A DNA stretch of 64,000 nucleotides from Eremomyces bilateralis CBS 781.70 (Eukaryota): assembly GCA_010015585.1 (NCBI GenBank), contig ML975149.1; one strand, given 5' to 3'. The stretch's first letter is position 1. Every line of letters starts with the position of its first letter. The position numbers and the translations under genes were made by a program. This document shows, piece by piece, positions 38,271-52,828 of the stretch. The notes below the pieces were generated by a model, which made no database searches, had not been told where the DNA came from, and saw nothing but the letters and a program-made list of their open reading frames with translations.

Positions 38271-39838
38271 ATGGCCGAACTAACTCCTGTAAGCCACTCC
38301 ATATCTCGATTCCGGTGTATTCGACAAAGTAGTAACTGATACCGTCGTCTAGCCGGAGTTCAACGAGACGCAGCCCAATGGCGGTGATTCTCTTCTCGTC
38401 GATGTCAACGCCCAGTACGCGGGTTTTGAGATGCACTATATCTGGATTGCCGTTATGTGCTTCCTGGTTTGGCTCATCATCCCGGGTATCGGACTTCTCT
38501 ACGGAGGGTTGGCGCGGAGGAAATCCGGCTTGGCTCTCCTGTTCCAGTCTCTTATGGTCGCGGCGATGTGAGTTCCTGCAGTAGATGCATAGCCATCCAC
38601 TAACTATCTACTGCCTCGACTAACACTTCTCCAGGGTTACGTTCCAATGGATGTTCTGGGGCTACTCCCTCGCCTACTCCCGCACCGCCTCCCCGTTTAT
38701 CGGCAACCTGGCCAACTTCGGCATGAAGAACGTCAGCGCTGCCCCATCCCCAGGATCCGACCTCCTCCCCGAAATCGTTTTCTGTTTCTACCAGATGTTG
38801 TTCTGCGCCTGCACGGTACAAATCGTCATCGGCGGGTCCTTCGAGCGTGGCCGTATCATCCCCTCCCTCGTCTTCGGCTTCCTTTGGGCCACCATCGTGT
38901 ATTGCCCGATTGCCTGCTGGACCTGGAACTCCAACGGCTGGCTGTACAACCTCCCTTCCCTCGATTTCGCCGGTGGTGGCCCCGTCCACATCGCGTCCGG
39001 CTGGGCTGCCCTTGCGTATGCCTTCGTCCTTGGAAAGCGCCGACATGTTGGCGAGAAGTCCCACCACAAGCCGCATAACACCACTCTTGTCTTCCTCGGT
39101 ACCGTCCTCATCTGGTTCGGATGGTATGGCTTCAACGGCGGTAGCGCCCTAAACGCCTCCGTCCGTGCCATGACCGCTGCGTTCAACACCAACACCGCCG
39201 CGTCCATGGGTGTCCTAGGCTGGTCTCTCGTCGACTACTTCCGCCACGGCCGACGATTCTCCGTCGTCGGTGCCTGCGAGGGCGCCATCGCCGGCCTCGT
39301 CGGCATCACTCCCGCCGCCGGTTTCGTGTCCGTCTGGCTTGCGGCGCTCATCGGCTTCCTTACCGCTGTCGTCTGCTCGCTCTGCCAGGGCATCGACAAG
39401 ATCCTGCGCATCGACGAGGGCATGGATGTCTTCAAGCTCCACGGCATCGGTGGCATGGTCGGCTCCTTCCTCACCGGCATCTTTGCCCAGTCCTGGGTCA
39501 GCTCGCTCGACGGCAGCACGCTGGCGCCCGGCGCCATCGACGGCGAGGGCATCCAGGTGGCTAAGCAGCTCGCGGAGATCGCGGCCATCTCGGCGTACAG
39601 CTTCACGGTCTCGTGTATCCTGTTGTATGTGCTCAAGTACATCCCCGGAATGCATCTGCGCGTCAGCGAGGAGGCGGAGATGGTCGGTCTGGATCTCGAT
39701 CAGTTCTTCGATGAGCAGATCGGGGACTGGAGCATGCTGGAGCAGATGGCGTTGCAGAGCGAGCAGGGAACCGCGACTCCGACCTCTGGAATACAGAAGG
39801 AGGCGGTGGCAGCGCAGCAGACGACAGTGGAGACGTAG
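38271..39838 (+). CDS. Ammonium transporter (Mep/Amt family; 3 exons)
   Basis: MAELTP/PEFNETQPNGG..., PGIGLLYGGLARRK, FWGYSLAYS, DFAGGGPVHI, WFGWYGFNGGS, AGLVGITPAAG, HGIGG. Confidence 0.95.
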
Positions 39839-40304
39839 GAGGCTAAGCATGATCGAATTTTGTTGGATTGTTGTTTTGAACTTGGTGCGATACCACATAA
39901 GTCGTGTGTGGCGGGGAGGTTGGACAGTGAAATATACTGCCATTTATTTCTAGCTTATGGATATACCTGATTGAATGCATCACCCACTAACTTGCATTTA
40001 AACTCCTCCTACGTGCTATACCATTGTGTTGGATAACAACCCTTCCGTTCAATTTCGCGTGCCATTTTTTTATGGAAAGCGAGCAGTACGAGCGTTGAGT
40101 AGCGTCCGAAATTGTTCAGTGCTATCCAATTATTACTAACAATGTGCTGTATATAATAGTATGAGATGAGGCAGCGGTCATACTTTGGCCCGCATCGCGT
40201 ACCACTTACCAAGCCCATAAAGCGACCAAAACATAACCGACATTGCCCGTACTCCATCAACTCGGCGGTTTCATGCATTCACTATGTCATCGCAGCGGGG
40301 TTCT

Positions 40305-43300
40305 CTAGCCCAAAACTGCCCCCATCAACATATCTGTAATCGCACTTCTCTCCTCCACCACCTCTGCAGGCCTTCTCCCCCAGTCAATCTGCTTCATCGC
40401 TTCCACTGCATTGCTACTGCCTAACCCGTCGTCATCGAAAACCATCCATAATACTTCCGCGGCACCAGTACGGACCACGGCGGCCGGATGTCGCAGCATG
40501 GTTACCACCTTTTGGAGCACTAGTTCTCGGATCACTGGCACCTCTGCGAGGTTGCGATAGATCGACAGGGCTGTTAGATGGAGTGCCGGTTGGGGTGACT
40601 TATGGTGTGCTTTTTGAACCAGCGAGAGGAGCCTGCGGAAAGAGAATGCGGGCGCGGTGGTTGTAGGGTCGGAGGATTTGGACTTGTCGGAGGCACCTGG
40701 GGGAGTGATAAGCCGGTGCAAAAGCCGCATGTCGAGTAGGAAGGCAAGAATCTCCAGTATGCTCGGTAGGAGACGCGGGTTGCCGAGATTGTCGTTTAGG
40801 GTGGAGAGGAAAAGGTCGAAGAACTCGAGGACGCTGAAATCATCTAGCCTTCCCTCTGCTGTTTCCCTTGGGAAGGTAGATTCGATACCAAGAGCCTTGG
40901 CCAGTGCGATCCGCGCCGTTCGCTCTACCGCATCCGAACCTTGCGCAGCGGAAGAAATCATGCCTTCGAGAACCGCCCGCCGAATTGATGGATGGACGTC
41001 ACATTCCATGAAGAGGATATAGCTGCGGAAGTAAGACTCTGAGGATACATCTTTCTCCATGAGTTCTGGTCTGTCATCTATCGCAGCGTAGTAGAGTCTG
41101 GGCCTTGAGACGAGTGTGCGGGCTCGAGAGCGAAGCTTGTCAAGCTTTTCGAGCGAGAGCCGGAGGAGAGACGCGTATAACTGTATCTCCATATTCCCCT
41201 CTTCTGATTCCGAGTGAGTTCCCAGAGCTATATCCGATGACCATATACTTGCAAAGATGGGGAGTGCTTCAAGGCGGACAAGCGAGCCGACATCTCCTTG
41301 AGAGGTCACCGTGTAGTCATTGAAACTCTTCAACAGGGTTTCCTGTAATCTAGCAAATAGCTGTGGCTCCGCTCTGACCCTAGGAACAAGATCCGGCGAT
41401 ATGTAAGTATTCAGAGCTCTTAGAGCGATAACTCGTTGGTCGATTTTACGCGGCGGATGCGCTGCCTCAAGTAAAGTTTCGAACATCGAAGTCCAAACCT
41501 GAGGGCTCATGTGGAGGTCTTGAAGTGAAGAGCCAATTGCGAGCATATATCCTGAGCTAGGGTTACTCATGGCATGCTCCGATTTGACCTTAGCATGCCA
41601 TGACCCTACAAGCCGAATGAGTTCAGACTCGGGCAGTGAATGACAGAGTTGCTTTGCTGCTTCTGGGATCGCTCGGAGAACACCTTCATCGTTGCGGTGG
41701 AGACAATGATTGAAGAGTTCAATCAGCATATCGCCTGAGTCGCTTGTATTTGTTGACAGCCATGATCGGAGCAAGCTCAAAATCTTGACTAGAGAGATGA
41801 CGGCAATAGCGGTTAGTCGTGGTCGTAGAGCTGGGGAGGAGAAATCGATCTCCGTAAATTTCAGCCGGCTGGGGAGAGCCAGGTACTCTGCAAAATGAGA
41901 TAACCCCTCGACTGCTTGTGGTCGGCGTTCCGTAGGGGGACCGGTTCCCCTCAAGCTGCATTCTAGGATGCTGGAAAAGGCAAGGAGCAAACCATGCTTT
42001 TCCTCGATCTGGCGTGGTTTCAACTTCGCCAGAATCTCGAGAACCTCATCGAGCATTCCCTTTCGCACCTCCTTCCCTTTGACCTTTGCTAATGAGCCCA
42101 AAGCCAGCGCCGCGATCTCTCGGGACTTCTCGTCATTTGATCCCGTACCCCGCCAATCGACGAGACCTGTAAACAACCCGTCCCAGTACAGTTCGCTCAG
42201 TTTGCCTGCAGCCGATCCAACTTGAATCATAGCACGTTGATGCAACCCAACTGCCTGGAAATCGATCGTTTGGACAACCGATATCCCTTCCATGACGGTG
42301 TCTGGATGACGACCAACAAGCTCCTGCAACGCGGCGGACGATCCTCGTCGGATGTTGCCTGCTGGATCGAGGCACGCGGAAATGACAAGTTCTACAGCGA
42401 GCATCTGCAGGACAGATAGATGGTGGGTAGACGAACTTGCTGCACGAATTGTAGACGTGTCGATTCGGGTGAGCTCCTCTGTCGTGTAGCGCCGGGAGAG
42501 TGCCCAAATGCCGAAGTTCGCCGCGTCTCGAACGTTCGAACCCACCGAAGTTCCAGTAGCGGATCGTTGCTCAAAGTTCAGTGCCAGAAGGAGGGCATTA
42601 AGAACGTCAGGGAGCTGAGTAGGTGGGGGAGCACGCTTGTATAGAAGATGAGAGAGGGTCAGCGTGAGACCATGCCACCGGAGAGAATTGACAGCGGTAA
42701 CGCTGCGCTTGTGTCCCTCCCATAGGACATTGTCTTCAAAGCCTCCAATCACTGCCTCAATTAACTCAACGGCCATGTCTTGGTCCAGGCTAAAGGTGAT
42801 GACGCTTATAGCTTTGCTTGATGCAAAGCGGACAGGCGCGTCGCCGTCTGACAACGCCTCAAGCAGGAATCCAATGACATCCTCAAGAGTAGCTGTGACA
42901 TCAAGGCCAGTTAAGCTATCCTCTGCTCGAAGGCAGTGTAAAACGATGATACGAAAAGTCTTCACAATAAGTTTTCGGGTAATTGCCAGAGAGCTCAAAA
43001 ATTTGAGTGATTGAGAATCCAGGATTGCCTGACAAACAGAAAAAAGCCTTGATATCTGGATACCAATCTCTTGGACGGTACCGGAAGCGATAAGACGGGA
43101 GATAAAGGTAAGCATCCCTAAGCACGCATGGACATCATGTTCCTTGTGTGCTTCTTGAGCTCGATCGGCCCCGAAGAACCCGACTGCCCAAGTCACTACA
43201 GCATCAAGGAGACCGGCCTTGCGCATGTCCGGCCGTAGGCAAATTCTTGACAAGAGTCTGGCCGACGCTCCGCTCTCCTTGGTGGGACTTCGAAGGTACT

Positions 43301-43975
43301 TGACACAAAGAGGGATAATACGTCGGGTGATGCTTGGCAGTTCTTGTGGAAGCTCGAAATCCACAGGCTCAAAATGAATTGTAGGATCGTCTGAGGAAAT
43401 AGATGAAAGATCGAAGGGAGCGAGCATCAGGTGTGAAAGCCAGAGAAGGAGGATATACCGCTCATGCCATGTCGCTGAGGGGTTGTTTCGGCAAGCCTCC
43501 AATGCCCCCAGCATAGGTTCAAGATATTGAGGCTCATTGTTGAAGAAGCTGACGATGACCTTCTCCCCGCGGATTTTGCAGAGGTAATACAGCAGTTGTG
43601 CTACGGTATTTTGCACGGTACAAGCCCCGGATTTGCTCTTGATATGGCCATATTGGACACATTCAAGGAATCTGTTGACCAGATCTGGGACAATTTGGGG
43701 AAGATGCCTATCGAGGAGCTGCGGATCTTCTTGAAACGGGTCAATCTGCCGCGAATTGTCAGTACGAAAACATAAAGACCAAGCATGTTGGCGAGCGATT
43801 TGTAATCCGCGTAAACTAGGAGTATATTGCATACCAGTGATATGAGGCGAGATACCCTCGAGTCACGGATGTATTGTTTTGCGCCAAGGGCTTTTTGCAA
43901 CTGTAAGCGAAAATCAGTTAGAAGCTGCGGCGATGCCCGCATGAGTTGCAGGTCCGAATCATCCTTCAAATCCAT
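40305..43975 (-). CDS. TBCD: Tubulin-folding cofactor D (TBCD/Cin1/Alp1)
   Basis: DPFQEDPQLLD, CKIRGEKVI, WHERYILLLWLSHLMLAPFDL, GSNVRDAA, DPAGNIRRGSSAALQELVGRH, GDVGSLVR. Confidence 0.92.
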
Positions 43976-44341
43976 TGTCATAAAACTTCATCAGGCACCT
44001 GGAGTGCCATTCGTCGACTCGTTCTATCATTCTACATGATAAGGTAGGAATATCTCATCGATGTGTAGTTTGGACGATTCATACACCTCTGCTGCAGCTG
44101 CCCCCCTGCAGCTGGGAGGGAAGTTTCGACAAGGCGCCAAGGCATCTCTGGTCAATGGCGGGGCGACCAATCAAAACAAGCCACTAATAATGCGCGCTAT
44201 TCCCGATTCGGAACCATGTGTGTAAACATCCCAACTCCATCGCATCCCACTCAACTTCAAATCTTCAATACAGCTGAACTTCAGCGCAATCCCTGAAAAT
44301 CTTCGAGACATTTGCTTCCGCGGGTATATATACACGCGATT

Positions 44342-47300
44342 ATGCCTCCCCTACCGCGTCCTTCAAGTACCAATACGCGAAGAGCTATGCGACCCCCTCC
44401 TCGACCCGTCCCTTCTCGATCGCAATCCGTGACCCCTTCTTTCAACGGGCGACAATCTCCAGCTGGGTCCGTAACTTCGACGACATCCTTTTCCCGATCC
44501 AAATCGCCGGCGACGCAGATGGCCGGCTCGAAACGCAAAGAGCGCGAGTTTGACCAGGACTCGACCCATGAGACCAACATCAATGTGGTGGTGCGATGTC
44601 GTGGTCGCAACGAGCGCGAAGTGAAAGAGAATAGCGGCGTAGTTGTGTCCACGGATGGCATCAAAGGGAAGTCGGTGGAGTTGTCGATGGGACCGAGCGC
44701 ACTGAGCAATAAGACATACCATTTCGATAAAGTTTTTTCGCCAGCAGCGGACCAAATCATGGTGTTTGACGAAGTGGTGGCACCCATTCTAGATGAGGTT
44801 CGGGCTATACAAGCATCCATGGTATAGCAATCCCTAACATTTGGCAGGTTTTGGACGGATTCAACTGCACGATCTTCGCATATGGCCAAACCGGAACTGG
44901 AAAGACGTACACAATGTCAGGCGACATCTCTGATATACTCCCTCTGCCCGATGCAGCCGGTATCATCCCTAGGGCTCTCCATTCCCTATTCAATAAACTG
45001 GACAGTGATGAAGGCGACAAGTCCGTGAAATGTTCATTCATTGAGCTGTACAACGAAGAACTGCGCGATCTGCTCTCTGTGGATGACAGAACGAAACTCA
45101 AGATCTACGAAGAGAATACGCGAAAGGGGCATGCCGCCACTTTAGTCCAGGGCATGGAGGAAAAATTCATCGAGAGCGCATCGAAGGGTATCGAATTGCT
45201 TCGCGAAGGAAGCCACAAGCGCCAAGTTGCAGCTACCAAGTGCAACGATCTCAGTTCAAGAAGTCACACGGTCTTCACGGTCACCGTGTACGTGAAGCGA
45301 TCATCTGAAACCGGTGAAGAGTTGGTGAGCGCTGGAAAGCTGAATTTGGTCGATCTTGCAGGAAGCGAAAATATCCAGCGATCTGGAGCTGAGAATAAAC
45401 GTGCAACTGAGGCGGGCCTGATCAATAAGAGTCTGCTGACTCTCGGTCGGGTTATCAATGCGCTTGTGGATCGTGGCAGTCACATTCCTTACAGAGAATC
45501 CAAGCTCACACGGCTTTTACAAGACTCACTTGGCGGCCAGACGAAGACATGCATCATAGCGACGTTGTCTCCCGCTAAGAGCAATCTGGAGGAGACGATT
45601 TCATCACTTGATTACGCATTCCGGGCAAAGAATATCCGAAACAAACCGCAGGTCAACCAGGTGTTCTCCAAGAAAACTCTTCTCAAAGAGTTTACTGGCG
45701 AGATCGAGAAGCTCAGGAGCGAACTCATCGCAACCAGACAACGGAATGGAGTCTATCTTACTTCGGAAATCTATGAAGGGATGACTATAGAAAGCGAGTC
45801 TCGAAGAATCCTTAGCGAGGAGCAGCGGGACAAAATTGAGACAATGGAGGTCAACCTCCGCAACAAAGTACAAGAGCTCTTTAGCCTCACAACCAACTTT
45901 AATAATCTCAAGAAAGACAATGAGGCATCCAAGGCCGTCCTGGATGACACAAAGAACATCTTGGAGAACACGGAGATCGTGCTAGGCCATACTCGACAGA
46001 GCCTGGCAGAAGAGAGGGTCATCCGAAATGCTCATCAACACACCGAACTGGAGCTGGCAGGTATAGGTGCAAGCATGATAGGTACCCTTGAGCGGACCAC
46101 GGAGCATATCAATGGGTTGGATGCAAAACTACGGCGCCGATCCGACCTTCACAACCTCAACAGGGATACTTGGGCCAGTTCCCAAGACCTCGTTTCGCTG
46201 GGCGCTAGGAGCGTGGAGGAACTAGTAGGAAACTTCCGCGAAGAACAGGATGGCTTGCTAAACGACCTTGCCGGTCGCATGCGAGGCTTCGTGGCCGATG
46301 AGATTGCGAACCTGGAGAAGACGGATGGCTTCATTCAGGAGCAATCGAAATCATTCCACGCCTCGACAAAAGAAGTCATGGATCAAACGGAACAGTCACG
46401 GTCTGACTTGAATGCAGTTCTAGGAGACATTGAAACCGTCCGAGAGGATGCGAAGTCAAAACTCGGCTCGGGACTAGATGATCTCTCAAGAGCATCACAG
46501 CGCATCTCTGCCGGCATCTTGACTGAAATTGATGGGTTCCAGACCCAACTCCACTCCTCGTACGCATCGCTAGGGAAAGATTTCCGATTGGTCTTCGACG
46601 AATTGTTGAAAACGCTTCATGAGCAAGAGTCAACAATCACCGAACTTCGGACCGAAATATCCGAGGCGAATGCAAGGATGCTAGCATCGACCCAAGACCA
46701 AGAGACTCGGATACAAGCGGCATTCGAATCCGAGAAGCAGAAGGCATCTGAGGACAGGACAACACTTCTGGCGCAGATCTCGTCACTGGTCGCAGCGAAT
46801 GCTACTGCGCAAGAGACGCGGTTCTCCGGATTTCTGGGACAATGGCAACGATCTTTCGCAGCATCTTCAAAGGAGTTCTCAGAAGCCAATGCGGCCTATG
46901 GTTCAGGAATGGATGCGTGGGCCGGCAAATCTACGGGTCTGATTCAGTCAATGACTCAGGCTCGGGATTCAGTGAAAGGCAAGATAAAGGGAGACTTTGC
47001 GGTAAGTAATTTGGTCAGAGCAAGACATGTACGGGAGACTGATTTTTATACAGAAAGCGAACGAGCATACGGAGACACTTCGAACGACCACCTCAGCGGT
47101 TCATGACTCCACCTCCCGGATTGTGGAAGAGCAGAAAGGCCACATGGACTCGCAGTTACAGGCGCTCGACGGCATTGTGGGCCGTATCAAAGAGACGAAC
47201 GACGCACACCACAAATCTCACCTCACATCACTCGAAAACCTTGCCTCAACCGCCGAGGTATCCTACTCAAGCATCGGCGCGCATTTCAAATCATCCCTCG

Positions 47301-47983
47301 ACACCGTCAAAGATCTGGATAGCGACATGACCTCTCGATTTGACACCGCCCGCGACACCCTTTCCCAAGTCTCGCCATCCGGCCCCATCATCGACAAGCT
47401 CCAAGACCTCGCGTCGCAGATCGAAGATCGGCAGCTGGAAGAGTACAAACCCACCGGGAACACGCCCAAGCGGACGACCTACGAATATCCGGCCTCCCTC
47501 CCCCGAACCCAGAGCCATGATCTCCTCATCGCCAGAGCACGAAGCCAATCATCCGAATCTGCAGATGGGACCGGTGCCAAGAGCCCCAACAAAGCTAAGA
47601 TCTTCGCCGACGCTGATAGCTCTGCAGTGCCGGTGTCGCCGTCCGTGTCACGGCCGGCAACAAGCACGTCGACTAGCTCCTCAGGTTTGAAGGAGCTGGA
47701 TGTGAATGTCGTCGGCATGCCGACTGGGGGGGATTCTAGTGCTGTGTCTGTGCCCGATGCGCTTGGTAAACCTGCGCAGAAGAGACAGAACACGAACGCC
47801 GTTGGGATGCAAGAGAAGCTGAGCTCGGAGAGCAAGTTGCCGATGAAGCGGAATACGCGGATGACAGTCGTTGGCGTGGGACATGGAGCGGATCGGGAGA
47901 ACGTGCCGCTTGTGCAGAATTTGAGCGCCAGTGTTGGACACGCTGGGGTCGGAAGGAGGTTGAGGAGTCAAAATTCCTCCTGA
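44342..47983 (+). CDS. bimC: Kinesin-5 (BimC/Cut7/Eg5 family; 3 exons)
   Basis: NINVVVRCR, YGQTGTGKTYTM, NDLSSRSH, LNLVDLAGSE, HIPYRESKLTRLL; BimC box YKPTGNTPKR. Confidence 0.96.
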
Positions 47984-48106
47984 GTTGGGTATTCATTGCT
48001 TTGTTCTTATCCTTGCTGGTGCGGTGGCGGAATTGGATATCATGATAGAATAGATGTCCAGGCACGAGCACGAGTATGACTAATATTTAATCCTCGTACG
48101 TATCGG

Positions 48107-48838
48107 TCAGAATGGAATGTCTTCTCCGAAGCGGTCCAAGAATCGTCCTGAGTCTTTGCTTGAAAGGCGGTCGAACAGCGCGATCATGTCGCTAACACTC
48201 TCCTCGGCCCTCATTGCACCCTGCTCCTTAGCCAGAACGAGCCCCGTCTCGACACGGCCGGGATGAACCATGAGAAACGTCATTTCAGGGATATCGACGG
48301 CGAATGACTTGACGATGGCGTTCAGCGCGGCTTTTGACGCACGATATGCGTATCCTCCTCCTGAATTATTCCCCGAAATAGAACCCATCCGTGACGACAT
48401 GACCACGACCTTGACTTCGTCGCCAAGCTGTAGCGCCAATCTGAGACTGGAAAACAATTCCTTGACGAGCAAGAAGGTCCCCAGCGCATTGATTTGGAAC
48501 GTCGTAGTCATCGTCGCCGCGTCCATTGACTCCATTGTCTCTGCGCTTCGCACGTCGGTCGGATTCGTCTGGTGGATCGAAGAGACCAGGCCTCGTATAC
48601 CGGCGCTGTGTATTATGCACGAGATGGAAACCTGCTTCAGCTTTTGCCCGAGCTTCTCAATTGCCGTCGGAGACGTCAGGTCAACGGTATACGCTAGGAC
48701 CGAATGTTCATATCCTTCCGGAAGCCAGTCGAGTGGGATGGGGACATTATCCACAGCGATGCATATCTGTTTGGGGGCCCATCGTTTCAAGAATTCGAGT
48801 CCGATCCCTGATGCGGCTCCGGTGATCAAGATGGGCAT
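48107..48838 (-). CDS. Short-chain dehydrogenase, C-factor/CsgA-like
   Basis: MPILITGAASGIG, VMSSRMGSI, YAYRASKAALN, VHPGRVET, GRFLDRFGEDIPF. Confidence 0.9.
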   Translation of the reverse strand: MPILITGAASGIGLEFLKRWAPKQICIAVDNVPIPLDWLPEGYEHSVLAYTVDLTSPTAIEKLGQKLKQVSISCIIHSAGIRGLVSSIHQTNPTDVRSAETMESMDAATMTTTFQINALGTFLLVKELFSSLRLALQLGDEVKVVVMSSRMGSISGNNSGGGYAYRASKAALNAIVKSFAVDIPEMTFLMVHPGRVETGLVLAKEQGAMRAEESVSDMIALFDRLSSKDSGRFLDRFGEDIPF

Positions 48839-49284
48839 TTCTGGCTGTAGAGTAGTTGTCAAAGTTTCGTACTTTTAAGAGACCAGAGTTGGAAATTATA
48901 ATGTAGGATCATATGAGTTTTAGGTTCTCAACAAGCTTGAGGTTAATAAAGGAATGACGAATAGGTACGGACTCCTCGGTGCTCTTAGTGACTTCGTATC
49001 CTCAATATTTCGCCCGTCGGCTACGCTTCCTGGAACGGATATGTTTCCGCGACACCCCTGCAGAACCCCTGCACCAGAGACCGCGACGGGTTCATATGAT
49101 TGGACAGAATTTCTGCGACATCAGACCCCTGTCAACGAAATCTCAACTTTATCAAGATTTTCGACAACAGCACTCTTGATCAACCGTATATCGCAGTGCA
49201 GACTTGAACTGTTTAGCCGATTACTCGTATTCAAATCGGTCAAAAGTACGGCCTTGGTGGTTGTAACCGCAAAGTCCGGTTAAA

Positions 49285-52200
49285 ATGTCGAAAAGACCTC
49301 ATCACGACGATCATTTCGCCAGGAAGTCTAAGCAGAGAAGACACGGCGAGGACGGAAAGAGCGAGGAACGACGACCGAAGAAGATCAATCCGAATCATGA
49401 GACATTGGGTCCTCGAAATACTGATCAAGATCGCAATGAAGCTGTTCTTGAGGATGTCGTGTCCACCAGACAACTCCACACCCTGTTGGCATTCCAACAA
49501 CATGACGTCCAGCCCATGAGACATGGTAAGACGAATTGCGTGTCTACATCGCGAGGGTTTTCTAACACGACTAGGAATCCGGACATTCAAAGGTTTCCTA
49601 GACTCCATCTTGTACGGTGACCCCGACGGAGCCAGTCCGAAAAGGGCCGTTCTGAAAGAGTACCTCGAGCAGTTGCGAAATGTCCAGCCTGAAACCGCAG
49701 ACGAGGTGGACTTCGCAAAGGACCTCTGCAAAATGTGGAGCTTCGCTAGCTCGACGGATAATGAGGCCCTCTATGCTGCTGTGACCGCCGTCCTGGCATT
49801 GCTCATGAAGACCATCTCTACCGACGTCGATTTGACGCAATATGGCGATCTACTTGGCAAGTCGCTTTTGCACGCAACCTATGCAAAGCTATTCTCCCGT
49901 GGTCTATCGGCCCCGAAGCATAGAGAGTACATCATCTCTCCATGTCTTCGGCTCCTCTCCGAACTTGCGTCATTCAACGGTGGAGCTCTCGTTCGGCTTG
50001 TGTACCGGAATCGAGACTCCACCTTGGAGCCGAAGATTATGGCGCGGAATCTATCGATCCATCGTGATGAGGATGAGCAACCGGATGAAAATGGTTTCCA
50101 GAAACCGTCGGTCCGATCGAACGCAGTGCGCTACTTGCTGGCTATCCTTAAATTTGGCAACGAAGGGATCAAAACCGATCTTGTCAAGCAGGCAAGCATC
50201 TTCGGACGTCTGTTTGAGTTCGCCAAATTCGATCATCCCGGTTTGGCGCTGGAGACCCTCGATACGTTGAAGCAGCATGTTCTGCTGGATAAGCATCTCA
50301 TGCGGAAAGACAAAGGCCGAATTTTCAATGGACGAAGCTTGACAAACTTATTACCTGTAGCTCGTCGCGAGGTACCAGCGGGCGACGGAGAGGATGTAGC
50401 ACGCAAGGTAGTCAACGCTACCTATGCTTTCCTCACTTTCGTTTGCACGAATCCCGAGTCTGGAGTCTTACCTCGCCTTCGAAAGGCAGATCCCACAGGT
50501 GGCACGGAAGGAGAACAACAAAACGAATCCGGTCCTCAAACTCGGATCCTATCAGATGTTTGCAATGTTTTGAGGCCCCACAGTATTGCGGATGAGGCAG
50601 AGATTCTGATGCAAATCTTCGCTCGCGTGCCGCCTGTGCTTCCCATTTACTTCAAGAAGCCTGAGGCGATGCCATTCGACCCCAAACTAACCGCCACCTG
50701 GATCGGCTATGCCTCGTTCCTCTTCAAAGCTGTGCAGGCCCCATTCCCGGAACTTACTTCGAAGACATCCCAGGTGCCTTTAGAGGACCTTGTGGAGTTC
50801 GTCCTGCCGGGGCCACTTACTGAAAAGGCCTTGACACGATGTTTCAACCACAGCTCCGAGCTCATCAATCTCTTTGCAATCCGAATTCTTATCAAGAGCA
50901 TGGAGAAACTACAGGCCGTCACAGCCCAGTTGCGCCAGCACCCACAGTTTGAAGACGCATTGGAGACCCTCCAGGCCGAATTCGCCAAACGATGCCCTGA
51001 CATGAAGACAGCCGTAACCATGTTCCGACGTTTGAGCGACGACAAAATCATGGAGCGCGAAGCAGCCTCTCGCTTACTCACGATGTACTTCTCGGCGCTC
51101 CCACAAGTTGCTTTGCGCGAACAATTCGACATCTCGGTTGCTCTGACGCAAAAGCTCGAGCGCTTGGCGAAAGCCCCCGCTAACAATGGAGGGAAAGAAG
51201 AGTCAGCTGAGGATGAGCACGAACGACAATTGCATTTGCTGGACCTGGAGCACCTTGTATATGTTGCTGGCTGCTCGCCTGGATTCCAGTGGTGGAACCG
51301 TTCGGAGAAGCTGCAGTACTCGCCTTTCATTGCGCTCTTGAAGGTCCTCGTGGCGTCCACTGACCGTGCTTCCGGCCAAATTCTGGATGTATTGACGAAT
51401 GTCGTATCCGACAATGGCATCCTACAGTTGGAGACCAAGCCGACGGGATTGAGCGCGCTGGTGACCAGCCTGCGTGCTGTCAAAGACGTGGATCAGAGCC
51501 TGGCGTTCCTGGATGAGTGCATCAATCGATTCGTCCGGAAGCAGATTAAATATGGCGATGATTTGGAACAGATGCTTGCTGCAGACGAGTCGAAGTCTGA
51601 TGGCGTTGTCAAACCGGTTAGTCCGATAATCGCTGTTCTGGCTGAACAGTGGCCGTTCCTCCAGAAGAAGGATGAAGCGACCGTTACTTCAGTGTCAGCG
51701 TGGGTCAGCGGACTGCTGGTGACACTCGCCGGGTGTGGTGAAAATCTTGCGGTTTTGAATATCGTCAGGCAGAAGCTTTACGACACCTGCAGCTCGAAGA
51801 AGTCGGCCAAGTTGCTCCGCGTTGATCTCAAGGAAGCAAAGCTCCCGCTATCGGAGCAGCCCGTTGTGAAAGAAAAGGCTCCAGCGAAGACGGATGAAGT
51901 AACAGAGGTTTCTCCCACCGGTGAACTCACGGTGCCGGACTTCCTGGCCGCAGCGGGACTCAAGGAACACGGAACGGATGACTACCCCGGACTGACGCGC
52001 TGGATGCAGAAAGACGTGGAATCCGCGATCATGGATGGCGACGTCGCCGAGCTGATTCTCTGCCTCTGCGCCGAGCCGCCCGAGATCCGGAAGCAAGCCA
52101 TGCTCAACGGCTGGAAGTTCGCTGAAAAAGTCAAAGCCTCGTCTTATGCCGCCGCGCAGCAGACCTACATGATGTTCGGCGAGCTGCTCTCGACGGCCGA

Positions 52201-52828
52201 AGATATCATTGAACAGGAGCGATTGCCGTTCACCGCGGCAGCGTTCGCGATCAAAGCGTTGCCGATCCTCGCGGAGCCGTCCGGGGCCCTGTATCCGAAG
52301 ATCAACATCTTCCTGATGCGACGACCGAAGTGGACGATTGATCGGATCCCGACGCATTTTGCGGGGAAGATCCTGCTGAATTCGTCGCAGGAAGGGGATA
52401 AGTTCCGGATGGAGACGCTATGGCTTTTGGACTACTTTATTGAGGCGCTACGATCTCCAAAGGTGAGAAGCACAATGGTCTATCATAGGTACATTGCTAA
52501 CGTTTCGAAGGACATGGAAATCTTTCGTACGCGCCAGCTCTTTGAGCGGATTCTGATATTGTATTCCTCGCCCTATTCGACACTACAGATTCGACAACGG
52601 GTTCTCGCATTGCTATACCGCGCGACGTTCGTCGATGGCAGCACGGCCCTCATTACCCGACATGGGGTGATCGCCTGGATCAAGATGCAGATGAAGTCTT
52701 GGAGCAAACACCAGAACGATTTGAAGGTTATTTTAGGGAGGCTTTTGGAGATGTGTGATAAGGAGAAGGTGAAGGAGTGGAGCAATGGGACGGCGGAAGG
52801 GATTGTCGATGATACCCTGAAAGCCTGA
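49285..52828 (+). CDS. URB1: Nucleolar pre-ribosomal-associated protein 1 (60S biogenesis; 3 exons)
   Basis: PCLRLLSELASFNGG, KPSVRSNAVRYL, FDPKLTATWIGY, LYPKINIFLMRRPKW, GSTALITRHGVIAWI. Confidence 0.85.

Noticed and set aside
48080..48109. Readthrough of the SDR stop (TGA C)
   Set aside because: Context TGA CCG is not CTA or CARYYA, and the 8-aa extension has no targeting signal
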